Source: Candidatus Omnitrophota bacterium
GTDB taxonomy: Bacteria; Hinthialibacterota; Hinthialibacteria; Hinthialibacterales; Hinthialibacteraceae
Assembly: GCA_040755155.1 (NCBI GenBank)
Contig: JBFMBP010000029.1
Coordinates: 8,066-72,065 of the forward strand
Length of the DNA stretch: 64,000 bases
Reading direction: 5' to 3'
Both the position numbers and the translations under genes were made by a program. Positions within the stretch are counted from its first letter, which is position 1; each line of letters opens with the position of its first letter. Of the stretch, positions 37,837 through 47,158 are shown one piece after another. A model generated the notes under the pieces. That model ran no database searches. It was not told the DNA's origin and saw nothing but the letters and a program-made list of their open reading frames with translations.

Positions 37837-38973
37837 TTACGTTGGAGAAATCGATCGCTCATCGCGGCGATTCAAAGCCAGCCGGATTTCGCTGCTTACT
37901 TCTTCGTCTTTTTCATCCGGCAAGGCCGCCGCTAAACCATCGAATGCCTCATCGCCGCCGATTTCGCCCAAAGCCCAAGCGGCGTGCGCACGAATAGACG
38001 GCTCTGGATCGCGCAATGCATCAAGTAGAACTGGAACTGCGCGTCGATCGCGGCGGTTGCCTAAAGCCGCCGCCGCGTTGCGCAGCAGACCCCGCCGCTT
38101 GGCGCGCAAGATGGGGCTGCCTTTAAACCGTTGGCGAAACGCTTCCTCATCCAGCCTCATAATCTCAAGCAAATCGATGATTCGCCACTCCTGACGCGGT
38201 TGGAATCGCGGCTCTGCGCAGGGCTTGGCGAAACGGTTCCAAGGACACGCTTCAAGACAGAGATCGCAGCCGAAAATCCACTGGCCGAGTTGAGGACGCA
38301 TTTCCAAGGGAATGCTTCCCTTCAATTCGATCGTCAAATAAGAGATGCACTTGCGGGCGTCGAGCGAATAGGGTTCAGAAAAAGCATTCGTAGGACAGGC
38401 GTCAAGACAACGCCGGCACGTTCCGCAATGCGAAGTAGTAGGAAAATCCAGCTCCAGCGGCAACGTCGTCAACACTGCGCCTAGAAAAAACCATCCCCCC
38501 GAATCGCGGTTGAGCAAATTAGTATGTTTGCCCACCCAGCCGATTCCCGCCTGCGCGGCAAAATCCCTTTCCAACAACGGCGCGGAATCGACGCAAACGC
38601 GCGTCCGATGGGCGCCGTCCGTCCGTTCGGCGATATGATCGGCGATTTTCTGCAAACCATCTCTCATTACCCCATGATAATCTTCGCTCCAGGCGTAGCG
38701 GGATACGGAACCGATAAATGCCGCGTCCGGGTCTTCATATTTTTCAGAAATTAAATACCGCTTGGCAACGGTAATAACGCTTTTCGTTCCTTCTAAAAGC
38801 AGGGAAAGATTCCGCCGCTCCTCGCAACGTTTCACCAAATAAGCCATCTCTCCATGAAATCCCCGCCGAATCCAATCCGCAAAATGATTCCACGTCAGCG
38901 GTTCGGCGGATGCGATCCCCACGGCGTCGAAACCCGCTTTTAGCGCGAAGGATTTCAATTCTTCTTTGGTCAT
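37837..38973 (-). CDS. queG: Epoxyqueuosine reductase QueG with C-terminal HEAT-like repeats
   Basis: CGTCRRCLDACPTNAF and second 4Fe-4S Cys cluster. DUF1730-like N-terminus. PEPSIRAHAAWALGEIG HEAT repeat. Confidence 0.8.
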   Translation of the reverse strand: MTKEELKSFALKAGFDAVGIASAEPLTWNHFADWIRRGFHGEMAYLVKRCEERRNLSLLLEGTKSVITVAKRYLISEKYEDPDAAFIGSVSRYAWSEDYHGVMRDGLQKIADHIAERTDGAHRTRVCVDSAPLLERDFAAQAGIGWVGKHTNLLNRDSGGWFFLGAVLTTLPLELDFPTTSHCGTCRRCLDACPTNAFSEPYSLDARKCISYLTIELKGSIPLEMRPQLGQWIFGCDLCLEACPWNRFAKPCAEPRFQPRQEWRIIDLLEIMRLDEEAFRQRFKGSPILRAKRRGLLRNAAAALGNRRDRRAVPVLLDALRDPEPSIRAHAAWALGEIGGDEAFDGLAAALPDEKDEEVSSEIRLALNRRDERSISPT

Positions 38974-39009
38974 GCTTTCTCTTATTCAAACTCGCATTTA
39001 GATCGTTAC

Positions 39010-39192
39010 TCTTATTGAATCGCGAAAACACAATAAAAAAAGAAACCACAGAAAAATCAGAAGAAACGGTTGAATCAACGATTGGCGACATGTAAAGGAT
39101 TTTCAGTGGAATCCAATAGAATCCGCGCTATCCGTGATTCAATAATTTCGTGGAATTCGAGCCTTTTCGCGTCTTCGCGATTCAAAAACGCA
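39010..39192. repeat. MITE family A copy without TIRs (internal region + conserved core) in the queG promoter region
   Basis: TGAATCGCGAAAACAC... and GCTATCCGTGATTCAATAATTTCGTGGAATTCGAGCCTTTTCGCGTCTTCGCGATTCAAAAACGC. Confidence 0.55.
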
Positions 39193-39195
39193 ACG

Positions 39196-39230
39196 AAAAA
39201 AAGGGCGGTTCCAACGCCGCCCTTTTTTCT
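39196..39230. terminator. Bidirectional terminator hairpin (AAAAAAAGGGCGGTTCCAACGCCGCCCTTTTTTCT) at the 3' end of the ROK gene
   Basis: GC-rich perfect stem GGGCGG/CCGCCC with A- and T-runs. Confidence 0.55.
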
Positions 39231-39253
39231 ATCGAACGTCCCGAATGCAATTT

Positions 39254-40219
39254 TCAAGAAAAGGCCAATCCCGCCGCGCCGACGGTTCCCGCCTCTTCCC
39301 CCAGCTGCGCTCGCACGATCGGCGTTGCGTAGTGGGAATGGAAAAACACGCGCCAGGCGATTTCGCGCCGCGCATGATCGAACAGCATATCCCCCATATT
39401 CGAAGCGCCGCCCCCAATGCAGATGATTTCCGGATTGAAGCATACGATAAACGTAGCGAGGCCGATGCCGAGATATTTGCCCGCGCGCGCGATGGCGCTC
39501 AACGCCACTTCGTCCCCTTTCAAGGCCGCTTCATGCACCATTTTCGCCGTAACTTTCCCTTCGGAATCCGCCATTTCTTTTAGCAGCGAGGGAACATGTT
39601 CGACGCGAATGCGCTCCGAGGCGTATTTCCCAATGGCGTTGGCGGATGTATAGGCCTCCAGGCAGCCTTCATTGCCGCAGCAGCAGACGTTGCCCCCTAC
39701 ATGGACGAGAATATGGCCCAACTCCCCCCCGAAGCCGCAAAAACCGTGATATACTTTGCCTTCGCTGACGATGCCGCCGCCTACGCCCGTGCCCAGAGTA
39801 AGCACCAACACTACTTTTTTACCCCGTCCCGCGCCGAACAACGCCTCCGCCAAGGCGCAGACGTTGGCGTCGTTATCCACCCACGTGTGGAGACCGAAGC
39901 GTTCCAGGAAAATTTCCCGCACATTGATCCAATAGTCCCAATCGGGAATATTGACGGGGCGGGTAATGGCGCCCTTCTCGTGATCGATCAAGCCGGGGCT
40001 GCCGACGCCGATGCCCAGCAAATCGCCTCGTCTTCCCTCCATCTCCTTCGAATCGAGTATTTCCTGAATCAAATCGCCGATGCGGTCTACGACTTTGCGC
40101 CCGCCCACTTGCGCTTCCGTCGCTTTTTTATAGCGTCCTAAAAGGGTTCCGTCTTCCGCGACCAAGCCCGCTTTAATATCCGTTCCTCCAAGATCGATGC
40201 CGATAGCTACCCGAGTCAT
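39254..40219 (-). CDS. glk: ROK-family glucokinase
   Basis: IGIDLGGTDIKAGLV N-terminus. ROK zinc motif CCCGNEGCLEAY. Confidence 0.75.
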   Translation of the reverse strand: MTRVAIGIDLGGTDIKAGLVAEDGTLLGRYKKATEAQVGGRKVVDRIGDLIQEILDSKEMEGRRGDLLGIGVGSPGLIDHEKGAITRPVNIPDWDYWINVREIFLERFGLHTWVDNDANVCALAEALFGAGRGKKVVLVLTLGTGVGGGIVSEGKVYHGFCGFGGELGHILVHVGGNVCCCGNEGCLEAYTSANAIGKYASERIRVEHVPSLLKEMADSEGKVTAKMVHEAALKGDEVALSAIARAGKYLGIGLATFIVCFNPEIICIGGGASNMGDMLFDHARREIAWRVFFHSHYATPIVRAQLGEEAGTVGAAGLAFS

Positions 40220-40295
40220 GATGCCGCCTTTCCAAAGGAAAAAATTACAAAAAATTTATTTTATGCTTGTTTAAAGAATATTTCTATATGCGCGC

Positions 40296-41606
40296 TTATC
40301 CATTCTGATTGCGTTTATCGATAATTCGTTCCCTGCCATGCAGACTCATGGGTTCCACCAAACGGACCATAGGGCGAATTCTCAATCTTTCGAATAATGC
40401 TTCTTCGATATTTCCGCGCAACGATTCCAGCGTCTTGATGCGATCCTGAAAAATTTCCGGCGTCACTTCGACATCAAGTTCGATGCGGTCTGTCGTTTCT
40501 TCCCGCAGAATCGTCAGAGAATAATTCGCCGTAACGTGCTCGACGCGCGAAAGGACATGACCGATTTCGGAGGGGAGAAACTCCGTCCCCTCCACCACTA
40601 GGAGATCGTCGGTGCGGGACGCGACGCTTTCCATTCTCAGAAACGTGCGCCCGCAAGCGCACGCTTCCCCATACAAGCAAGTAATATCGCCGGTGCGGTA
40701 TCGAATGAGGGGAAAGGCCTCTTTGGTCAGCGTCGTCAGAACCAGTTCGCCCCGTTCGCCTTCTGGCAGCCGCTCTCCGGTTTCGGGATGGACGATTTCG
40801 GCGAGGAAATGATCTTCGTTGAGATGGAGGCCGTTTTTTTGGCCGCATTCGTAAGCAACTCCGGGAGAACAGATTTCGGGAACGCCGTATTGAATAAAAA
40901 CGTTGACCTGCAAATTCTCTTCAATCTGCTTGCGCACGTTCTGAGAAAGGCGTTCGCCCACGAGCACGACGGTATGAAGGAACAGCGATTTGGGATCGAC
41001 GCCGCGCTCGCGCATGTAGCGAATAATATGAATCGCCCGGGTGGGAGTGCAGATGAGCACCGTCGTGCGGTAATTTCTCATGATCTCGATTTGATCGGAA
41101 ATGGGGCAGTTGTAAAGAGGAGTAACGCAGGCGCCCAATTGTTCGGCGCCGTAATGAGCTACCACCGCGCCGGGGAATAACAAGTAATCGAGATACACTT
41201 GAACCAGATCGTTAGGCGACATTTCCGCCGCCGCAAAACTGCGCGCTTTTAATTCCGTCCAAACCAGCACGTCTTTTTTCGTATAGCCGATCACTACCGG
41301 ATCGCCATAGCCGGGCGCGCTGGGATGCAGCCGGACTACCTCGCGCAAGGGAACGGCGAACATGCCATAAGGATGATTCGCCGCCAACGTCTGACGATCG
41401 ATAAGAGGGAGCCTGACCAAATCGCCGAGAGAACGTAAGTCGCTGGGAAGAATTTTCTCTTGGCTGAACCAATTCCGATAAAAAGCGACGTTGCGAATGA
41501 CCCGGTTCAGGATGGCCTGCAAACGCTCCAATTGCAGCTGCTCCAATTCCTCGCGGCTCATGGTTTCACGATCGATTTCCAGAATAGGCATGGCGCACCT
41601 CGACAA
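40296..41606 (-). CDS. Phenylacetate-CoA ligase (PaaK/F390-synthetase) family protein, paralog 1
   Basis: Adenylate-forming motifs (PSAPGYGDPV, YGxxE), about 435 aa. Typical PaaK-like length. Confidence 0.75.
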   Translation of the reverse strand: MSRCAMPILEIDRETMSREELEQLQLERLQAILNRVIRNVAFYRNWFSQEKILPSDLRSLGDLVRLPLIDRQTLAANHPYGMFAVPLREVVRLHPSAPGYGDPVVIGYTKKDVLVWTELKARSFAAAEMSPNDLVQVYLDYLLFPGAVVAHYGAEQLGACVTPLYNCPISDQIEIMRNYRTTVLICTPTRAIHIIRYMRERGVDPKSLFLHTVVLVGERLSQNVRKQIEENLQVNVFIQYGVPEICSPGVAYECGQKNGLHLNEDHFLAEIVHPETGERLPEGERGELVLTTLTKEAFPLIRYRTGDITCLYGEACACGRTFLRMESVASRTDDLLVVEGTEFLPSEIGHVLSRVEHVTANYSLTILREETTDRIELDVEVTPEIFQDRIKTLESLRGNIEEALFERLRIRPMVRLVEPMSLHGRERIIDKRNQNG

Positions 41607-41621
41607 TTCCGCCTTGTTTAC

Positions 41622-41700
41622 TCATGTTACGCATAACCATTCCATCGCCCTTTGGGAGAGGGGTAGGGTGAGGGTAGTAAATTCAATCACAACATGAGTT
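41622..41700. repeat. Short family-B-related element with family-A TIRs (ACTCATGTTACGC ... AACATGAGT) enclosing TTTGGGAGAGGGGTAGGGTGAGGGTAG
   Basis: TIR words plus G4-like run between livF and the paaK-like gene. Confidence 0.5.
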
Positions 41701-41857
41701 ATTTATTCCCAAATCTCTTGATAGTAATCGTAGGATGGATCACATCGTTTAACCCATCAATTACTCCTCTATGAAATTATGATGAGTCAAAAAACGCGAC
41801 CCATCCTATTTTTTTCATGCTATCGTCAAAAACATTTCCTTGGAAAGGAAGTTCATC

Positions 41858-41888
<31 letters not shown>

Positions 41889-41901
41889 CATCACTTATCG
41901 A

Positions 41902-42642
41902 TCATTCCCATATCTCTTGATAACCCTTGCCTAAATAAGCGCGTTCGATTTCGCGATTCTGCTTCAAGTCCCGGCAATCGCCTTCCATGACCACCAATCC
42001 CGTTTCGATGACGTACCCCCGGTCGGCCAAATCCAGCGCCATCCGCGCATTCTGCTCCACGAGCAAAACGGTCAATCCCTGGCGGCGCAGAAGATCGATC
42101 GTCTGAAAGATTTCCTCCACGATTCGAGGCGCCAAGCCCATCGAAGGTTCGTCTAAGAGAATCATTTTCGGGTCTGACATCAGCGAGCGCGCAATAGCCA
42201 GCATCTGTTGTTCGCCGCCGCTCAACGTGCCCGCTAGCTGTTCTTCCCGTTCCTTGAGAAGAGGAAACAAATCGAAAACGAAAGCCAGGCGTTCGTTAAA
42301 CCGTTCCTTGGCCGTGCGGCTATTATTGTGATAATGATACGAACCTAATAGCAAATTATCCATCACGGAGAGCGAAGCGAACAATTGCCTTCCTTCCGGC
42401 ACGAGCGACGCGCCGCGCTGCACCGTCTGCATGGGGGAAAGACGGGCGATGTTGCGCCCGTCGAAACGGATTTCGCCTTGCCTCGGCGGGATCAATCCCG
42501 CGATGGTGTTGAGAAGCGTGCTCTTCCCCGCCCCGTTGGCGCCGATGAGAGTAACGATTTCCTTTTCTCGCACGTGAAAGGAGACGCCCTTGATGATCTC
42601 CACGCGCCCAATGCAGCTGACGAGATTGGCCACTTGCAGCAC
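41902..42642 (-). CDS. livF: Branched-chain/hydrophobic amino-acid-type ABC transporter ATP-binding protein (LivF-like)
   Basis: GANGAGKST, LSGGEQQMLAIARS, LLDEPSMGL. Confidence 0.8.
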   Translation of the reverse strand: MLQVANLVSCIGRVEIIKGVSFHVREKEIVTLIGANGAGKSTLLNTIAGLIPPRQGEIRFDGRNIARLSPMQTVQRGASLVPEGRQLFASLSVMDNLLLGSYHYHNNSRTAKERFNERLAFVFDLFPLLKEREEQLAGTLSGGEQQMLAIARSLMSDPKMILLDEPSMGLAPRIVEEIFQTIDLLRRQGLTVLLVEQNARMALDLADRGYVIETGLVVMEGDCRDLKQNREIERAYLGKGYQEIWE

Positions 42643-43413
42643 CTAGGTTTTCTCCTTTCCCAGGTAGGCGGCGATGACGTCCGGATTGTTCCGAATATCG
42701 CGCGGCGCGCCTTCGGCAATCTTCGCTCCGTGATTCAAAACGCAGATTTCATCGCAGATATTCATCACTAACGACATATCGTGTTCGATGACCAGTACCG
42801 TTATTCCCGCCTGGCGAATCTTGCGGATCAGATCGCCCATGTCCTCCGTCTCGCGGATATTGAGTCCGGCGGCGGGTTCGTCCAGCAGGATCAATTTCGG
42901 CTCTGTGGCCAAAGCGCGGGCGATTTCCGTTTTGCGTTGGATTACGAAAGGAAGATCGCCTGGCAGCGAGTCGTAATGGCCGATCACGCCGGCGAACGCA
43001 AGCCATTCCCGCGCTTCCTCGGCGGCGCGCCGCTCCTCGGCGCGGGCGAACGGCGTTTTGAAGGCGGCTCGCAACAATCCCGTCTTCGTCCGGCAATGGC
43101 GTCCCGCCATGACGTTTTCGAGAATTGTCATGTTGGGAAAAATCTGCGCTGTTTGAAAAGTGCGGGAAATTCCCAGGAAAGCGACAATATGAGGCTTCTT
43201 TCCAAACAGACTTCGTCCCAATAACGAAATCGTCCCGGCGCTGGGCGGAATCACGGAACTGATAAGATTGAATATTGTCGTTTTTCCCGCGCCGTTGGGA
43301 CCGATGATGCCCTTAATGCAGCCGGGAGCGACGTCGAAACTCACTCCCGATACGGCCGTCAAGCCGCCAAAGCGCCGCGTTACGTTCGCAAGGGATAGAA
43401 GCGCATCCGCCAT
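42643..43413 (-). CDS. livG: ABC transporter ATP-binding protein (LivG-like)
   Basis: GPNGAGKTT, ILLDEPAAGL, LivG-type C-terminal extension. Confidence 0.8.
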   Translation of the reverse strand: MADALLSLANVTRRFGGLTAVSGVSFDVAPGCIKGIIGPNGAGKTTIFNLISSVIPPSAGTISLLGRSLFGKKPHIVAFLGISRTFQTAQIFPNMTILENVMAGRHCRTKTGLLRAAFKTPFARAEERRAAEEAREWLAFAGVIGHYDSLPGDLPFVIQRKTEIARALATEPKLILLDEPAAGLNIRETEDMGDLIRKIRQAGITVLVIEHDMSLVMNICDEICVLNHGAKIAEGAPRDIRNNPDVIAAYLGKEKT

Positions 43414-43416
43414 CGA

Positions 43417-44397
43417 TCAAGCGGCCTCTCTCCGAATGGAATCGATCCCGCTGCGCAACCGCGCGACGGCCGATTGCAGCGCGCCGAAAATCCCGCCCGG
43501 GGAAAAGATCATAATCACCATAAGAACCAGCCCGTAAATTAATATGTCGTAATCCTTGAATACGCGCAAATACTGCGGCAATACTCTCATTAGAAAGGCG
43601 CCGAGAACCGCGCCCCATAGGCTGTTCATTCCCCCCACGGCGACCATGACGACCAGCATGACGGATACTTTCAGCGAGCAGCATTGGGGACTGATAAACG
43701 TTACGTAATGAGCATAAAAACTGCCCGCCAGCGACGCCAAGGCGGCGCTCAGAACGAAGACTTGGATTTTGTAGATCGTCGCATCCACTCCCATCGCGTT
43801 GGCGGCTAATTCTCCGCCGTGGATGGAACGCAGCGCTCTTCCCACTCGCGAATGGATGATATTCAACGCCAGGATCATGACGCACGCCGCCGCCGTCCAC
43901 ACGAAGACGTAATATTTCAAATTCGTGTCGAGACGAATAAAGCCGAGCGAGAGATTGGGAATTTCGCCGAATCCGGAAGGCCCTCCCGTAAGGTTGATCT
44001 CCGCCGTTAACGCGATAACGACGATTTCGCCAAAAGCGAGCGTAGCCATCGCCAGATAATGTCCATGAAGACGAAGCGAGGGAATGCCGATCAATAAAGC
44101 GACGGCGCTCGTCAGCAGCAAAGCGAGGATCATGGCCAGCCAAGGATTCCATCCCAGCTGAGTCGTCATCAAGCCGGAAGCATAAGCGCCCAGCCCGATA
44201 AAAGCGCCGTGGCCCAAGGAAATTTGACCGGCGTATCCCATCAACAGGCTTAATCCAATGGTCACCAGGCTGTCAATGCCTACGAAAATCAATATGGTCA
44301 GCCAATAAGAGTTGACGAGTTTCAATTGGATCAAAAGCGGTATGGCGGCGATAACGGCCGCAAAAAACAATAACGATAAAATATTATGTTTCCCCAT
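43417..44397 (-). CDS. livM: ABC transporter permease (LivM-like)
   Basis: Polytopic. GYAGQISLGHGAF motif. Confidence 0.75.
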   Translation of the reverse strand: MGKHNILSLLFFAAVIAAIPLLIQLKLVNSYWLTILIFVGIDSLVTIGLSLLMGYAGQISLGHGAFIGLGAYASGLMTTQLGWNPWLAMILALLLTSAVALLIGIPSLRLHGHYLAMATLAFGEIVVIALTAEINLTGGPSGFGEIPNLSLGFIRLDTNLKYYVFVWTAAACVMILALNIIHSRVGRALRSIHGGELAANAMGVDATIYKIQVFVLSAALASLAGSFYAHYVTFISPQCCSLKVSVMLVVMVAVGGMNSLWGAVLGAFLMRVLPQYLRVFKDYDILIYGLVLMVIMIFSPGGIFGALQSAVARLRSGIDSIRREAA

Positions 44398-44444
44398 TAC
44401 GAGTATCCAAACATAGAAAATCTCAACAAGAAATCGATTCCCGA

Positions 44445-45347
44445 TTAAAATTTCTTCAATTTCGCCGTCTCGGCGCTGCCAAGAATCCCGCTGGGACGGA
44501 CGAAGAGAATCAGCAGCAACACGAATAAAGCGATGGCGTCCTTATAGCCGGAAGAGATCAATCCAGCGCCCAAAGATTCCAGAATACCGATCATGAATCC
44601 GGCGATAACGGCCCCCGCGCTGTTGCCCAATCCTCCCAGCACGGCGGCGGCGAATCCCTTCAAAGCGAGGCCGAAGCCGCGATCGTAATCCATCAGGGCG
44701 ATGGGCGTAATAATGATTCCCGCGACGGCCCCGATTCCGGCGCTCAAAACGAAGGAGAAAAAGACCATACGCCCGGCGTCGATGCCCACGAGAGCGGCGG
44801 AAACGCGGTTGTCCGCGCAGGCGCGCATGGCTTTTCCCGCCAGAGTATAGCGAAAGAACGCCGTAAGCAGAATCACCGTAATGAACGTGACGCCTAAAAT
44901 CCATAACGTTTGCGGCAAGATAGTCGCCCCGCCGGGCAAACGAATCGGTTGTTCGCCGGAAAAATGCGGCAGAAAGAAAGTCTCTTTTCCCCAAACGAAC
45001 ATGGCGATTCCCTTAAGAACGATGGAACCGCCGATCGTAACGATAATCAACGTCAAGACGCTGGCGTTGCGCATGGGATTGATCGCCAGGCGCTCGAAAA
45101 TCCCCCCAATGGCGGCTACCAGGAAAGCGGCCAAAAAGAAACCGATATACATAGGAAGGCCCAGCGTGTTAGTAAGGGTGACCATGACTAGTCCGCCCAG
45201 CATGACGAATTCGCCTTGGGCGAAATTGATGATGCCGGTGGCGTTATAAATGATGTTGAAGCCGATGGCGACCATAGCGTAGATGCCGCCGATGCTGACG
45301 CCGGTTACAAGATATTGAATAATCTGGTTAGATAGGCTGATTTCCAT
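44445..45347 (-). CDS. livH: ABC transporter permease (LivH-like)
   Basis: Polytopic. NFAQGEFVMLG motif. Confidence 0.75.
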   Translation of the reverse strand: MEISLSNQIIQYLVTGVSIGGIYAMVAIGFNIIYNATGIINFAQGEFVMLGGLVMVTLTNTLGLPMYIGFFLAAFLVAAIGGIFERLAINPMRNASVLTLIIVTIGGSIVLKGIAMFVWGKETFFLPHFSGEQPIRLPGGATILPQTLWILGVTFITVILLTAFFRYTLAGKAMRACADNRVSAALVGIDAGRMVFFSFVLSAGIGAVAGIIITPIALMDYDRGFGLALKGFAAAVLGGLGNSAGAVIAGFMIGILESLGAGLISSGYKDAIALFVLLLILFVRPSGILGSAETAKLKKF

Positions 45348-45367
45348 AAAAACAACGCTCGATCGCG

Positions 45368-45403
45368 ATGGGCGGCAAGAGCAAGGTTATTTCTGCCCTT
45401 GAG
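45368..45403. repeat. Hairpin repeat C, copy 2 (variant GGGCGGCAAGAGCAAGGTTATTTCTGCCCTTGAG)
   Basis: Same stem/loop architecture as 14081 and 56816. Confidence 0.55.
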
Positions 45404-45477
45404 ATAGCCCAATACTGAAAGGCTCTATATCGATTTCGAATGAAAATATTCTTCATTTCGATTTTATTCTTATAACC

Positions 45478-45788
45478 ACATGTTACGCAGCCTGGGAGCG
45501 CGGGCGTCTCGCCCGCAGGTTGGAGCAGCCAATCCAACGCAGAACATAGATTTTATTTTCGGTGCGTTTTCGAATCACGAAACCACGAAATTGCACGAAT
45601 GCCACGAAATTTTAAATCACGGATATCACAGATTCTTTGGGATTCCACTGAAAAATCCTTTTCGCGGCGCATTTCCTTGCGTCATGCAATTTTATGTTTT
45701 TTTCGTGTTTTCCTTAATCTTTCGAGTTTTCGTGATTCTATCGACGATCCTAATTTCGCCTTAATGTTTTTCATTGAGCGTAACATGA
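45478..45788. mobile_element. MITE-like element family A, copy 4 (reverse orientation), 311 bp
   Basis: TIRs CACATGTTACGCAGCC / GCGTAACATGAG. Flanked by TTATAAC on both sides. Internal core motif present as reverse complement. Confidence 0.7.
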
Positions 45789-45800
45789 GTTATAACGAAT

Positions 45801-45831
45801 AAAAACAGGGGCGGTGAGGACGCCGCCCCTG
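45801..45831 (-). terminator. Rho-independent terminator after livK (intra-operon attenuator-type)
   Basis: CAGGGGCGGCGTCCTCACCGCCCCTG followed by TTTTTATT on the minus strand. Confidence 0.5.
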
Positions 45832-45863
45832 CCCAAGTCTCTTTTTCGCCGTCCCCAAAAACG

Positions 45864-47090
45864 CTATTGCAGTAAAACGAACTTGCCGCCTTTCACGGTA
45901 ATCAATTCGAATGCGTCGTCGCCTAGCCCCGTATGATCTTCAGGAGTCATGTTGAAGACGCCGGCGGTTCCTACGAAGTTTTGGATTTTTTCCAATTGAT
46001 CGCGAATAGCCGCTTTATCCGTTCCCACTGTTTTGATCGCTTCCACGAGTAGCATCAGAGCATCATAAGCATGGCCGCCGAACGTGCTCACTTCGCCGCC
46101 GTACTTGGCTTCGTAATCCTTCTTATACTCCAAAAGAAACGCTTTGCGCGGATACGTTTCCGGCAGTTGATCCGCAACCAGCAAAGCGCCGGCGGGGAAG
46201 ATGATTCCTTCCGCCGCATCTCCCGCCGCATTCGCGAAAGCGATATTGCCGAAACCGTGGCTTTGATATAGCGGAATCGTCATGCCCAGCTGCTTCATGT
46301 TCTTCGGCACGATGCTCTGGCCTGGAACGATAGACCAGTTGATGACGGCTTGCGCGTCGGTTCCTTTAATCTTCGTTAACTGAGCCGTCATATCCGTATC
46401 GGGAGGATTGTACGTTTCATCGGCGACGATAGTAATGCCCATCGTCGGCGCCAGCCGCAATAGTTGGTCGCGGCCTTCCTTGCCGAAGCCGGTGGTTCCC
46501 GTGATAATGGCCACTTTCGTAATACCCGCCGTTTTCATGTGATTGAAAATCTGAATGGCGGTGGAACTGTTCTTTTGCGGCGTCTTGAAAATCCATTTCC
46601 TTTCCGCAATCGGTTCGACGATGGAATCGGCGGCGGCGCAGGAAATGAGCGGCGTTTCGTTTTTCTGCATAATCGGGATGACCGCCATGCTGGGACCGCT
46701 GCGCGTAGGACCGATGATGGCGCAAACGCCGTCCTTTTCGAGCAGTTTATTAACGGCTTCCACGGCTTTTTGTTCGGCGCCTTCGGTGTCTTCGATGATG
46801 ACTTCCAAAGTCCGGCCGTTCACGCCGCCGCTGGCGTTGATCTTTTCCACCAGCATCTCGACGGTATTCCGCTCCGGTTCGCCCAGCTTCGAAGCCGGTC
46901 CCGTAATTCCGAAAATGGCGCCGATCTTAATCGGCCCCGTTTCGGCGGCCGGTTCTTCTTTGACCGTTTCCGGCGCCGGCGCTTCTTTTTCCGCCTTGAC
47001 GGCTACTTCCGTCTCTTCCCCGTGATGCCCGCAGCCGGCGGCGAACAATAAGACGATTAATAATAGTGGAATCAAACCCTTTTTCATCAT
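45864..47090 (-). CDS. livK: ABC transporter substrate-binding lipoprotein (LivK-like periplasmic binding protein)
   Basis: Lipobox LFAAGC|G. Type I PBP fold length. First gene of the liv-like operon. Confidence 0.8.
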   Translation of the reverse strand: MMKKGLIPLLLIVLLFAAGCGHHGEETEVAVKAEKEAPAPETVKEEPAAETGPIKIGAIFGITGPASKLGEPERNTVEMLVEKINASGGVNGRTLEVIIEDTEGAEQKAVEAVNKLLEKDGVCAIIGPTRSGPSMAVIPIMQKNETPLISCAAADSIVEPIAERKWIFKTPQKNSSTAIQIFNHMKTAGITKVAIITGTTGFGKEGRDQLLRLAPTMGITIVADETYNPPDTDMTAQLTKIKGTDAQAVINWSIVPGQSIVPKNMKQLGMTIPLYQSHGFGNIAFANAAGDAAEGIIFPAGALLVADQLPETYPRKAFLLEYKKDYEAKYGGEVSTFGGHAYDALMLLVEAIKTVGTDKAAIRDQLEKIQNFVGTAGVFNMTPEDHTGLGDDAFELITVKGGKFVLLQ

Positions 47091-47158
47091 CCTCTTCTCC
47101 TTCCCCTGTAGGGAAGGGGCGGCTCTGCAAGAACCGCCCCTCCAAATGGTTGCTCCAT